A DNA stretch of 64,000 bases from a virus (lineage: Duplodnaviria; Heunggongvirae; Uroviricota; Caudoviricetes). Location of the stretch: the IMG/VR virus record IMGVR_UViG_3300020451_002055; one strand, given 5' to 3'. Under the pieces are notes generated by a model that saw nothing but the letters and a program-made list of their open reading frames with translations, ran no database searches and was not told the DNA's origin. Below are positions 28,901 to 38,600 of this stretch, piece after piece (the first letter of the stretch is position 1; each line of letters starts with the position of its first letter). The position numbers were made by a program, and so were the translations under genes.

Positions 28901-31900
28901 CGCCATCAGTAATGGCTTCGTCTCTATAGGTTACTCGAACCCTTGCAACAAAAGGCTCTTGCCTTCTAATGTATGTTCCATCAAAGTCTTTGGTCTGATC
29001 ACTAACAAGAAGACCGCCGGTGCTTTGCGTAAGAACATCATTGAGATCAACTGTTGCCTTGCAGACGTGTTCAACTCTATCTCCACGGAGATTGATCAGT
29101 TGCATACCGAACGGGTTGTCAAGCTTTATACTGATCGGTCGAGAGTTGAACTCAAAGATATTCGATGACGGGTTCTCCCTATCCGGTATTTCGAAAGATA
29201 CAAAAACGCTGAAGTTGATAGAGTTCAAAGCAGAAAGGATATCAAAGTCATCTGACATGCGCAAGATGCCTCGGATAACGCCGTTGCCTTGAGGAGTGGT
29301 AGTAAGTATGTGCGCCTCTTCGAAAGAGGGCGTAGTAGTATCTCTGTTGACTTGCTCGCCGAATACGTCTTCGCTGTTTCCCGAACCAGAGACGCTGCCG
29401 CTAGTCGTGAATTTCAGGTTTGACTCATCAGCGACAGGGGCTCCGAACTCATCGGTAATCTGAGCGAATAGAGCAACTCGCTGATCAAACCAGCCCTCAA
29501 GCGACTTCTGGAATATGACAGGCTGTTCCCAGGCTAAGCTGATCGCATCGTCAGTAACGACTTCATATCGAAGCTTGCGGACCTCAAGAAGCGGAATGCC
29601 AGTTTCATCAGCGTCTTCTAGAGGAGTCTCGCTTGTATAGGTTTCGGTTGAAACGTAGCCATACTTGTCTGTTGTTACAAATGCATAGAAGGCTTCTTGA
29701 TTATTAGGGATGTTCCTGTGAACAAAGCTAGTCTGGCTTGGATTGCCTCGGAAGATAAGCTCTGAATCTGAGTTTCCCTGCTCATCGATAATAGGGAATC
29801 GGTTGTCCGAGTAGAATATCTTGACTTCGCGAGCAGCATCAGTTAGCCCCGGAATCGACCACTGGAAGTATATCTTCCTATTGCCTACTTGAGTGGTTAT
29901 GTTCTGAATAGTTGGAAGAGCAGGAGGACCGCCGACTACTCTGTCGCGTTGCTCGTCGCTCTCAAACTCTGGTATTGTTACCGAAAGAACAGGAGAATCG
30001 CTCCATAGCGAATAGTTGCCTATGGCATTCTGGGAGAATATCTTGTAATGATACTCTCTGCCATGTATGAAGTCTTTAGATACTGTGAAGAAGAAGTTGC
30101 CCGGAGAGGCTTCTGATTCGTAGATAACAGTTCCGTCATTCTCATGGTACGGTATGTCGCCAAAACCGATATCAACTAGTTCAAAATCACCTGAATCTGG
30201 ATCATCTATTCTATCTTGAAGTCTTGGACCGGCTTCTTCCTTTTCAACAACTCTGACGTTACCATCAACATAGTTGTAATCTGCAGGAACCGTATAGTTG
30301 AATGCAAGTATGCGATCGCCGTTGTCTAGCTCTTTTTGCTCGTTATCGCCCGGAAGAGTTGCTGCTTCTTGTATGTAGAGAATATCTCTCTCAACGCTAT
30401 GGACAGATACTTCTGTTATCTTGCCAAAGAACGTAGAGGAGCCATCCAAAGCTCCTATCTCAAAGGAGTTAATGAGAGAGGCCACCGCGCTACCGCTAGG
30501 CAAAGAACCTTGAGCAGCGATCGCTCCATTCACATAGATGATTGCATTATTAGTATCCGGATTCCAGGTTACAGCAACATGGTTCCATTCATTCTCAATA
30601 AGAGGAGAAGATGACGTAGTAACACCTGTAGCAGCCCTATTCCAAATCTGCAAGTCTTTGCCTGCTCTGATAAGGAAAAAGCCAAAGCCCTCAATAAATG
30701 AGCCGGTCGGTCCTTTTTCTCCAAATACAAACTGAGCAACAGGATTGGCTTGCTCAAATGGCAGAATCCATGCCATAAAAGTAAAACCGCTACCCGCCCC
30801 CATAAGAGATGTGGAAGGGGTGTCTCTTAGGTGTCTCCAATACTGATCGATGCCATTGAGCCGGACGCCTGATCTTCCGATAGGCGTATCTTCCTCATTC
30901 AACCATCTTGGTTCTTCTTGATTGATGGCAGATAGATGGTACTGGTTCGGAGTAAAATCAAAGGCCTCTAAACCTGCTGCCTCGTTGAAATGCCAAAGCG
31001 CTGTTACGTCATCATCTAGACGGATGCCAGAGCCTCGAAGGATCGTAGCGTTAAAGGTTCCAATACCGTTGGGAAGGATTCGAGGGCGAGGTATAGCTGA
31101 TATCTGCTTGCCTTCGCTGAATGTTCCGAACTGATCATAGGTGTAGACTGTGTAGAAGTAGTCTTCGCCCTCTTCAAGATTATCGTCGAAAGCTCTGTCT
31201 AGGAAGCCTTCGGTAACAATGTCTCCGTCTACGGCATTGTTCGAGAACAGTGCTTCCTTGCGAAGAACCCGAACGCCTGCATATCCGCTTTCTTGGTCCG
31301 CGAAAAAGGCATCAGCAATAGCTCCGCCATCGCCGGTGTCCACTTGGTCATCCTCAATGACGGCAAAGAAGTTGACGCGAATCGGAGTTGATTCGAATGA
31401 GAATAGATTGAAGCTAACTTGGCCCGGATAGGTGGCATCGAGCCTAGTAATGAGGCGACGAAGAATCTCGTGGCGAGTCTTGGGCTCGTCGTTCCATGTC
31501 ATTGAACCAGACTGATCAACAAGCAGCGAAACAATTCGATCAGGCAACCGAAGAGAAACCTCATTGGTAACTCCGTCATCGTTTTGAATCTCTGTATTCA
31601 AAAAGACCGGGTTGGTGTCCGGATCATCAAACTTGTTGGTACGATCTATAAAGGCCTCTGCGGGCGGAGTCTGAATGACGCAGCCGGTCTCGTCAAGAGC
31701 ATCGACAAAGAACCACATAGTAAGAGCGAACCGGAGATCAGATGCCTCCCATCCTGCTCCGTCTTCATTGGTAAAGGACTGAAGAGCTATATAGGGGTCT
31801 ACATCAGAACTCGCCAAATCCCATACGATATATGAATCATCGTCGCTTCCGACCGGATATAGAGAGAATGAGAAGTTATTGTCGTAATCTACCGTTGATC

Positions 31901-32597
31901 CGGCAAACTTCTGCATATCAAAGTTGTATTGATCGTCCAGTTGTAGTTCGGAATAGGTAGATTTAGCGTCATAGAATGGACCCAATCCTCCCGGTCCGCT
32001 TGGTCCTGTTTTGTGAACGCCTGCATGAAGAGTGATGTATGGATACTGATCATACTCAACCGTGCCCGGAAGAGGCCCATTTGGAACGACGCAAATGTAA
32101 TCAACGTATGTATCAGCAGTCAGAACGCTAAGAGTGAGAACTCTATCTTGCCTGTCAGGAACGACGATCTCAGTGGATAGCACCTGCCAAGAGCCCGGAG
32201 AAGGAACAACTTCATCGGCATCTTGAACCTGGTCGCCATCCATGAACAGTCTGAACTGTATCTTCGACGATGAAGTCTTGTAGCGGATGTAAACGTCATA
32301 CCGTCTAGCATTCTCTGATCTAAACGGGTAATGGAGTTTGGACTTATCTGAGCCCGCTCCGAACTCCGTAAAATACATGGCTCCGAAGCCTGTCGAGCCT
32401 GCCTCGAATGGATCATGACGGACAGCCGGATTGCCTCGTTCCCATTCAGAGAAGTTTGTCGCGTCAATAAAGACAGGATCATCATCTGTAAAACTGAATC
32501 CGACGCCGGATTCTACGTTTGTGGGCCACAGGTATGTCGTTGCCTTACGAAAAGGCATATCGCTACTAGATATAAAGCCTTGGGCTGTTAGTTTCAT
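22902..32597 (-). CDS. giant multidomain putative virion protein (CBM-like, split vWA, FN3, LamG, Kelch propeller, three C-terminal Ig-like repeats)
   Basis: VDQSGSM MIDAS; ALWHFNE/FTFMAWI/EWNHVAVTW/FFGKITEV LamG; LYAIGG, VYVFGG, VYFVGG, YVAGG Kelch repeats; WY.NG...GD..Y..V.P.DG repeats; no signal peptide. Confidence 0.85.
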   Translation of the reverse strand: MKLTAQGFISSSDMPFRKATTYLWPTNVESGVGFSFTDDDPVFIDATNFSEWERGNPAVRHDPFEAGSTGFGAMYFTEFGAGSDKSKLHYPFRSENARRYDVYIRYKTSSSKIQFRLFMDGDQVQDADEVVPSPGSWQVLSTEIVVPDRQDRVLTLSVLTADTYVDYICVVPNGPLPGTVEYDQYPYITLHAGVHKTGPSGPGGLGPFYDAKSTYSELQLDDQYNFDMQKFAGSTVDYDNNFSFSLYPVGSDDDSYIVWDLASSDVDPYIALQSFTNEDGAGWEASDLRFALTMWFFVDALDETGCVIQTPPAEAFIDRTNKFDDPDTNPVFLNTEIQNDDGVTNEVSLRLPDRIVSLLVDQSGSMTWNDEPKTRHEILRRLITRLDATYPGQVSFNLFSFESTPIRVNFFAVIEDDQVDTGDGGAIADAFFADQESGYAGVRVLRKEALFSNNAVDGDIVTEGFLDRAFDDNLEEGEDYFYTVYTYDQFGTFSEGKQISAIPRPRILPNGIGTFNATILRGSGIRLDDDVTALWHFNEAAGLEAFDFTPNQYHLSAINQEEPRWLNEEDTPIGRSGVRLNGIDQYWRHLRDTPSTSLMGAGSGFTFMAWILPFEQANPVAQFVFGEKGPTGSFIEGFGFFLIRAGKDLQIWNRAATGVTTSSSPLIENEWNHVAVTWNPDTNNAIIYVNGAIAAQGSLPSGSAVASLINSFEIGALDGSSTFFGKITEVSVHSVERDILYIQEAATLPGDNEQKELDNGDRILAFNYTVPADYNYVDGNVRVVEKEEAGPRLQDRIDDPDSGDFELVDIGFGDIPYHENDGTVIYESEASPGNFFFTVSKDFIHGREYHYKIFSQNAIGNYSLWSDSPVLSVTIPEFESDEQRDRVVGGPPALPTIQNITTQVGNRKIYFQWSIPGLTDAAREVKIFYSDNRFPIIDEQGNSDSELIFRGNPSQTSFVHRNIPNNQEAFYAFVTTDKYGYVSTETYTSETPLEDADETGIPLLEVRKLRYEVVTDDAISLAWEQPVIFQKSLEGWFDQRVALFAQITDEFGAPVADESNLKFTTSGSVSGSGNSEDVFGEQVNRDTTTPSFEEAHILTTTPQGNGVIRGILRMSDDFDILSALNSINFSVFVSFEIPDRENPSSNIFEFNSRPISIKLDNPFGMQLINLRGDRVEHVCKATVDLNDVLTQSTGGLLVSDQTKDFDGTYIRRQEPFVARVRVTYRDEAITDGGKVFVAVHEASDPDCDDNDSDPPQPFEPSFSDRKSRTVLPPSTTVDLLLGEEEDNEGVITQFSYADIPLQVPDFPQGVMFFAKASYNGFFGRRKLYIAFENILRIELTESVPAPDCVDIAEQFAAAYLIDPDNPDRRERIPDNEIVKWRLRKGVSGKDRPFYSTDNAVQTGPGVFSRVINGQARRVFFGPACGVTWYIFEGQFGPQLLPELYAIRTDIVYDGLSAFDEKPAFIYPQQTQGGFGSRFLMHLRQYQVEMWADGYDYEKLTIWKDPNQAGGLFGQIFRSCADDFNGTLFILNTGQPVEVETGNNFEILYGPDLEIGFDPYIDEPTFSNNEEELGFAVIPLEEEQTTEAFLRINTFIGPPPQSSGGDDNDPVENRCAAIDFTYREEQGDNIIFGRTETELDGEIRYLSGGGDAENGIPPCIVRLKEPLDIRIVQVRRDNEPVNELLVDGQSSHTFVVRVSFAGRPVPNGTPIRITVGGNNPTKIQVPQQVVFTETIVDPLIDGSEERSYASFSLLPMSPIQEFEAQIQAEVNYDKRGDAERSMTACVTIRYEVEDEQPDDEDEDDQEAVINNLYSGTIDIYDTVTDEWESLPNDLNHPRGALTLTWTFDAYGEVLYAIGGLDGNTVSFYNEQYRIDSQTWTDMAPMTTPRFYHHAIEDAGKVYVFGGFAVVDNSIVVTQLCEVYDPLIDTWLPITSMPTLDDNDFLSYGVAMGTAIKVDSKVYFVGGIRLVGSQGGIQELNDRVVIYDIDLDEWSVSDQFTGEDEVLYERIAPFAFYNEADNTIRVSGGAVPIGEGQSQEIIFLTDTYKIDLDTLTIERDEQDYADIPQPRYKGGTAVVQDTPYFLGGATRKASVSRTFESVDPSVSPDPFTFTELAGVEIPRQAFGMTSDDFRYVYVAGGITSGRPAGFLQINAEVTPDRIRLDGKQSAGVDIELIDDVGERPTDDIRILVRGFVLLPDSEEDDDADDLQGGGGGSDDDQQTASDNVSRAALIYPVVFSSNDIIAVNGLASTTLLPRSEDILDKVDEIRRKLELARQQEDTDSADETEPLIINEGDVRNPYVIRIQLTVIDDFYYGQTVVDFDDNEDPDQFQDTGDDDDSDDTNDDTDDDGQPDVLDPPPTDPYSPQFEGCRSYTVTQELPEPPDPDGNGDDDGPDVDDNAGGTPIGDDLADRDNPVFDLNPPQTPQLESPSVQYFSDIEWVPQVIPYINTNDGTAEEALEIVERLRNAVPFGASPFYDGLGAIAEVMLDEALDTASKVIYVQTDNEESLSFIGLETALENVQAIDGFAEVPVLVNNFSVVFPVTLSALLARTDTDDLEVIASETGGQSQTVLDANFLNEILNNMIGRAAGSVGFGAYELVIDLGQISVVNSIVLDYTLFENTDGNWTVSASDDGFNFSEPSDQFSPNSEVDFFRLTGRFFKFRVSLLSGLSASILEAYENLATPGVPALTGINIRYSLPKISFLYLNADSSLFGAQQIAVAVDANDPPESEVLVGVATSNSSSWEDFRTGARPAVDQYGKLFIPIRTDQEEAVLKESLINIDGFVWKTTYGAWDLTSQITVRDSLDNVIEATEYRAYPRQGLIVFKRKRTGPFNIDIENSDQFRIGIQVINRFASEDINIRGVGYMWNTNVFLPPPLSERPPEAQEPRVVPSAPATYTTISATYRFFDLNGDEEDTEQTQIRWYINGVEAEFLRDLREWNNINNFLDPIWSFGFSFTPEDVPDGTSIEEFAREREESLVSVGDIVYFTVRPSDGLNFGEVIRSPSVEIVAAPPFITEISIRGRTQTGGLQDTVTTSTTAIADFNFFDDGGENESTIIWYVNGVEFKRGILNESVNGLSNNEIVPGEISGAVVAMIIGNVLEVEVRPASGNLISDPVRSAPVTVENAPPIVSSVIITPESPAVDSGLDLNYTFFDNDIAQGSQSQQDESSIRWYRKRSGEEDFSEVASLANEGFILATNTAAGDQWYAEVVPFDGISVGVTVRSNTVTIQDT

Positions 32598-32637
32598 AGA
32601 TTACACTCAGCGTCTATCAGAATATCGGCCAGCGGAC

Positions 32638-35600
32638 TCAAAGTCTCTGACCGGATACGAGACGCCGTAGCTGAGTCTGAGACTTGATCTTGAATGAGTT
32701 GTAAGAGAACATCCATACATCGTCTTCCACGATGATGACCTTATGAATCGTGTCAAGCTCCGAATCGGAGATCGTGAATCCAAAATCATTGATGGTAACA
32801 AGCCTGCCGTCATCGAGGCCAGCGACAACCTGAAGCTGGCTTGCATCAATATCATTCGCCACGATGTCTCTAGATTCCTCTGCGTCATTGAAAACATCTA
32901 TCAATCGCAGACTGACTCGCTCTGCATAGAAGAAACCACCGTCCTCGTAAATACCCTCATCGGTTGCTACATATATGCGATTGCGGTATTTCACTAGACC
33001 ATTGATAGACCTGTTAGCAGTACCAATGCTAGTCCAAGTAAAGCCATCTGTCGTGTAAAATACCTCAGAATCGGCAATGGCGAATCCTGCATCCGGAGCA
33101 ATCATGGAATCAACGTTTGAAGATGTCTCTTGGACAAGAGTCCATTGATCGTCCAGTTCTCTTCGAGCATAAATACCATCCTCTCCGCCAACAGCCAAGT
33201 TGGTGTTGAAGAAGTTGATGAACTCGAATACTTCAGAGGTCCAGCCCAAGCCGGGATCTCTCGATACAGTGTTTTCATTTAGATCATATATGTAAAGAGC
33301 AGTCTGGTCTAGAATGTAGACTTTGCTATTTCTGACGAACATATCTTTGATCTGCAGATCTCTTCTTCGATCAAGAACAACCTCATCAATCTCATATGTG
33401 TCAGAATCGATAGACAGAACTCCGCCAGGTCCGCCAACCCATACCTGCCCTAGCTCTTCAATGTAGACTACAGCCGTTGCATATGGAAGAGAGAAGTTTC
33501 TTCGCCCAAAGTCAGCCAAGACTTCAAAGTCAACGGTCGAGTTGAATACGTCGTAAACGTCGCTACTGCATGGGAGTATGTATTTTGCCTGATACGGAGG
33601 AACCATAGCCATAGCCGACTCATTGGTCCTCGTCATATTCAGTCCCATCTGAACCACATTCGAGTCTCTTGTCTGAGCCAAATGCGAAGGCAATCCGGAG
33701 TTGACCCATTCGAACGTATCTTCGATAGTGGCATGAGGCAGACTTGTATTATCGAAGGTTGGGTTGGTTATATCTAGGGTAAGCACATCTCTTTTAGTCA
33801 AAGGAGAACTGATAACCACGATACCGTTGACAGAGTTCGCTACCGCTACCAAGGCAAACTCGGAATATGGAGGGTCCGCGTCGGCTCCGTCAATGGCGGT
33901 ATTGACAGGGTTATATCTGGGAACTCCAAATCCGTCAATAGGATCAGTGCCCGCGCCTTGAACTTGGACGAACTCGACTTCCTGATTAGCTATAGCATCT
34001 GCTCTGTCCGAGAACAAAACATCATCCGCTACTGTTCCTTCGGCTGCATAAATAACGAGGCCTTGGGCCTGCATCGATTCTACATCTTCTGCGCTGAAGG
34101 CCATCTGAGGAGTTAGCATAACTCCTACCTCTGTCGATTCCGGATCGAACTCAAAACTGGCAGAACCTTGAAGATCAAGGAACTCATTGTATCGAACGAT
34201 CCATGGCGAAAAGGTGATCAGGCTCTCATCAATCTCTTCCGCAGCGGAAAGCGGCAAGCACGATCCATATATCTTGTTGTTCGCTAGAGACTGATTGATA
34301 GCAAGCTCAAGATAGAAGTTCAAAACATCATCGGCGCACGCGTTGTGCAAAGCTATCGAAGAGGCTCCGGCGTCTAGCCAAGGTTGCCAGTTCTGCTCGA
34401 AGTAATTGCGGTGAAGAGAGTTGTCAGCAAGGTCATACGGAACTGCATTGTCGTAATCGATCTCATGTGTATCAAGCTTTGTCAAATCAGGCTCGAAACG
34501 GATGCCTCCCATTACTGAGACCTCGATAGCCTCAAGACGGTTGGCTATCCAATCTGCGAGAATGGTCTCGATCTCAGTTTGCCTAGAAGAGATAATCGGA
34601 CCCCATTGGTTCGGACTGTAGTAGCCAGAATTATTGATCTGATTGCCTGCTGGCATGTAGAACATGAAACGTCGGAAACCTTTGTTATAGTCCGCTTGCA
34701 TGCGGTCAATCAGATTTGATACGCCTTCAGCAGCTTCCCACCAAGAAGCGAATCCATTGACCGCTCCGGTTGAACTAAGGAAAGAGTCTTCCCATAGGAC
34801 ATATAGTCGAACCGGTCTCCTGTCAATACCCCCAAGAGGACCGGCTGCCGTAGATGTCAACTGCAAAGGCATGAACTCTTCAAGCTCATCAGCTTGAATC
34901 GGAGCAACAGACAGCGGCCTCAAGTCTTGGCCGGTACTACTGAGACCTCCCATGGCCCTATTTCTAGAGCCTCCTGCAAATCCTCGACCAGACGATTTTG
35001 GGAGATATGTTGGGATCTCGTTCTTGTAATCGCTCTGGATAGCCCCATCAGGATCGGTCTGACCGTTGTAAGCCAAAGCGATAGCATTCGCTCCTGCTGC
35101 AAACGGCAACTGCAACTGCTGACGGAAGTTAGATTCAGAAAGGGGTTGTCTGGTATACGGCGGAAGCGATGCATACAAGTGGTTGAAAACAGGAACGACA
35201 TACGAGACGCCGTAAAGCGTCTGCAGCCTATGAGCTTCTAGAACATTGCTTGAAATGTAGGTAGCATTGGTATCAAGAGTATTCTCGATTCCATTCTGAG
35301 GAGTTGCCCCATCGCTTACAGAGAACCTGAGAGGCTTGATAGCTGGCGGCAATACATCAACTATCTCCCATAGCCATGAAAGCTCGTTGTTGATTCGCTG
35401 ACCAATGTTATAGGTATCGCCCATCAACTCGTCGAAACGGTTGCCGTAACCAACGACGCCCGGAGCAGGGCTGACAAGATTCGAGTCCTTGTAGATGGCG
35501 CTCGGTAGGTTGATGAAACCAATTTTGGCATTCGGTATAGCCTTACGAAGACCCCGTACCGTTGCTTCGTAGAAAGAGCGAGAGATAGCATTCCATTGCT

Positions 35601-38600
35601 CTTTCATATAAGGCTCTAGTTCCGTTTCCGGGTCAAGAGCGTTAACAGTTGAAGGGTCAGAGCAATAGAGGTAGTTGTAGAAGTCTTCTCTATAGTTCTT
35701 GTCTTCATAGAAAAGCTTTCCGGACGTACAGATAGAATCATCGAAGTCCTCATCCGTGAAATACCCATCCGAAGACTCGTATGCAGAGTAATCAAAATGA
35801 GGATGCCATCTGCCCCGATAATCAACGAGGACCATGCCGCTATACTCTCTGTTCTTAACCTTTCTGAGAGTATCAGCATAGACTTGTATTTCGTGCCTGT
35901 CTATCCATGTTTCATCAGCCAACATCTGATGAGGACCGGCAGTTGGATAAAGACCAAGCTCCGTCAAGCTCAATATGAAAGCATCGAATGAGATATCTCT
36001 TCTCTCATAGCTAATGGTATCAGCTAGACTTTTCGGGTACAATCCGAATAAGCTATTGTCTTCAATGCGATTGCTTGTAACTGGTCTTCGTACTGGCGAT
36101 CTGCTGCTAGCCAAATTGACGAGAGGCCCATCCCCGTCTCCGCTTCCATCGTCATCATCGCCATCTGGCGGAATGTAAAGGAACGCGGTTGTAGAGTCTC
36201 CGACGTATGAGTCATTCGATGGAGTTATCCTTGCATAAAGGAAGTCTCCGGTCGCATTGATTTCGGAGTTCAAGAAAGAAAAGCTCGTCTCGCTATCATC
36301 GACTATGGAGCGAGCGATCATGTCAGTGAATGAACTATTACGAGATACCTCAACGAGGAACTCATCGGTATAGCCATTAGCATCTTCATTCCAGTTGACC
36401 GATGTTGTTGTGTCGCCTTGAACAAAAAAGAACGACTGAACAGTAGTTGGACGATTAGGCTGATAGTCCAACTGGTTAGAAGCCGTTTGAGAGTTAGCAT
36501 ATATTTCGGGTCTAAAACCATTTTGGTATAGCCAAGCGATAGAGTCTTCTGTCACGCTTGTATTGCCGTAGTTTCCTGCTCGGGTTTGTCCAACTACTTC
36601 GCATCTAGGAACAATAAACTTGAGCATATCAAGCGTGCCTATTGGCTCATTGTTCTCAGCGCCGCTAAATATTTTGGTTTCGACTACCCATTGCTGAGTC
36701 CATGTAGCCATGACATCGCAAGAATCAGGTTCTTCCGCCATGTAGAAATCAGGCCCATAGGCTTCTCTAAGGTATTGTATACGGGGATAGCTTCGACCAT
36801 ATGACTGATCCGGGAACGCATCAAATCCGCAGCCTTCCCATCCCCACTCAACAAGGGCATCTAGCTCTCTTGCCTCTCGTATCCTTGACTCTTCTCCGTT
36901 ATCATGGTATATCTGTTCCGCATCTGTTGTATAAAAGTCTTCCGTCATACGAGTAGAACGACCCCACCATCCTGAGAATTTGACATCGGGATTATCCTCA
37001 AGATAATCAAGCATCTCATTGATGGTAGCAGCAGAAACCGGGAAGTAGTTCGGATTAGCAGCATCAGCAAATGCGGCAGGAGACATGCCAATGTGTCTCC
37101 ATGGCTCTCCTGTAATTCTGCGAATAATGAAGTTGTTCCAGTCTCGTTCATTTCTTGCAGTCTCAATAGAGTTTTCTATGAAGTTTCCCCAACCTCCAAC
37201 TCGCTCCGGAAAGCTTGCAACAAAAAACCAAGGGTTTGTGTCATCTAGAATGGAGAAGTTGGTAAACGTAGAAATATCTAGCGAAGAACCAAAGTTGACA
37301 TACATGCGATCATTTTCGGTGTCAACGTACCACGTATTTGATTCTGGATTCGCGAAAAACTCATCTCCGTCGAATACTTGCAAATATAGATGAGTAGCAG
37401 AGGGAGGATGAGCTTGCGCTGCAGCTACCCTTACCTTTAGAGCCTCTCCTTCATTGAGAGTTGCAAAGGCTATCTGAGATGTATCAACGCCCGAGTCGAA
37501 AAGCGCATCAACAGATGGGACAGTATCAACAAATCTCCATCCGTCTCCATCAGCTATTGTAGATGCAACATTATCGTTGTATCCGGGCTGACCGCCAAAT
37601 GAGCCTGACAGATTTAGTCGTCCATCAAAGTTTGGATTGTATTTAATGTCGCCAGCAAAGGCTCTAACGATGCGACGATACTTATCGATCCAAGAGAAAT
37701 CTCCCGTAACCTCATCATTTACAGTATCAAATCTAAGAAGAAGAGTAAAGGTGTATTCTTCTCCGGGCTCTAGCTCATAAGTATCTCCAAAGCTGCCTTC
37801 TTGAGGCCCGGTAACTGAGCCTGTAAGAGTAGGGCTATCTTCCCACTTGAGAATCTTACGCCAACCAGTTACTCCTGCTGCTCCGCCGCCAGTAGATCTA
37901 CCATGAACAAAACGAAGACGCTTAGTATCTTCTTCTCGGAATACTTCCTTATGAACAACCCATGCCTCGCTGTATTTGATATCATAGCCAAGGCTACCGT
38001 TGTCAGCTCCTCTGTGCTGAAATATGAACGCAGGAACTTGAAGATTGTTCGGATAGACTGCCTGATTCAGGAAGATACCGGTGCCGCCGGTGCCGCCGTT
38101 CTGAGCGGTTTGAGTTGTACCTGTTACTTCTGTAGTTATTGTCCTGTATACATGCTCTTGGACTTCGGTAGTGAACTCGTTACCAGCCGTCAAAGACAGC
38201 CAGTCGTTATGAGCATTTATATCCATGATCTCTACAGTTGATGCAGTAGGATTGTAGACCCTATGCTTGACATTGAGGCCCCAGAACCCATCCTCTTTTA
38301 CGATATCGTAAGTTATCTCGCAGCGAACGCCCGTAAGCGTGCCTCTGAAAACCGCTTCAAAATCGCTGATCGTGTCATCTGTAAAGATACGCATGACAAG
38401 CGCATCATTTGCATCATTCGTCCGTATATCAATGCGATCTGATTGCTCATCAACATAGAACTTGTCGTTAGATGTATCGCCCAGTTGACCGTTAGGCTGC
38501 CATACAGCGAAGTCAAGCGTCTGATTGCCCGAAGACATTCGGATGTCAGCAGTTAGATACTCGAAAGAGCCTTGAGGGAAGGTGACGGTGACTTCCTGAA

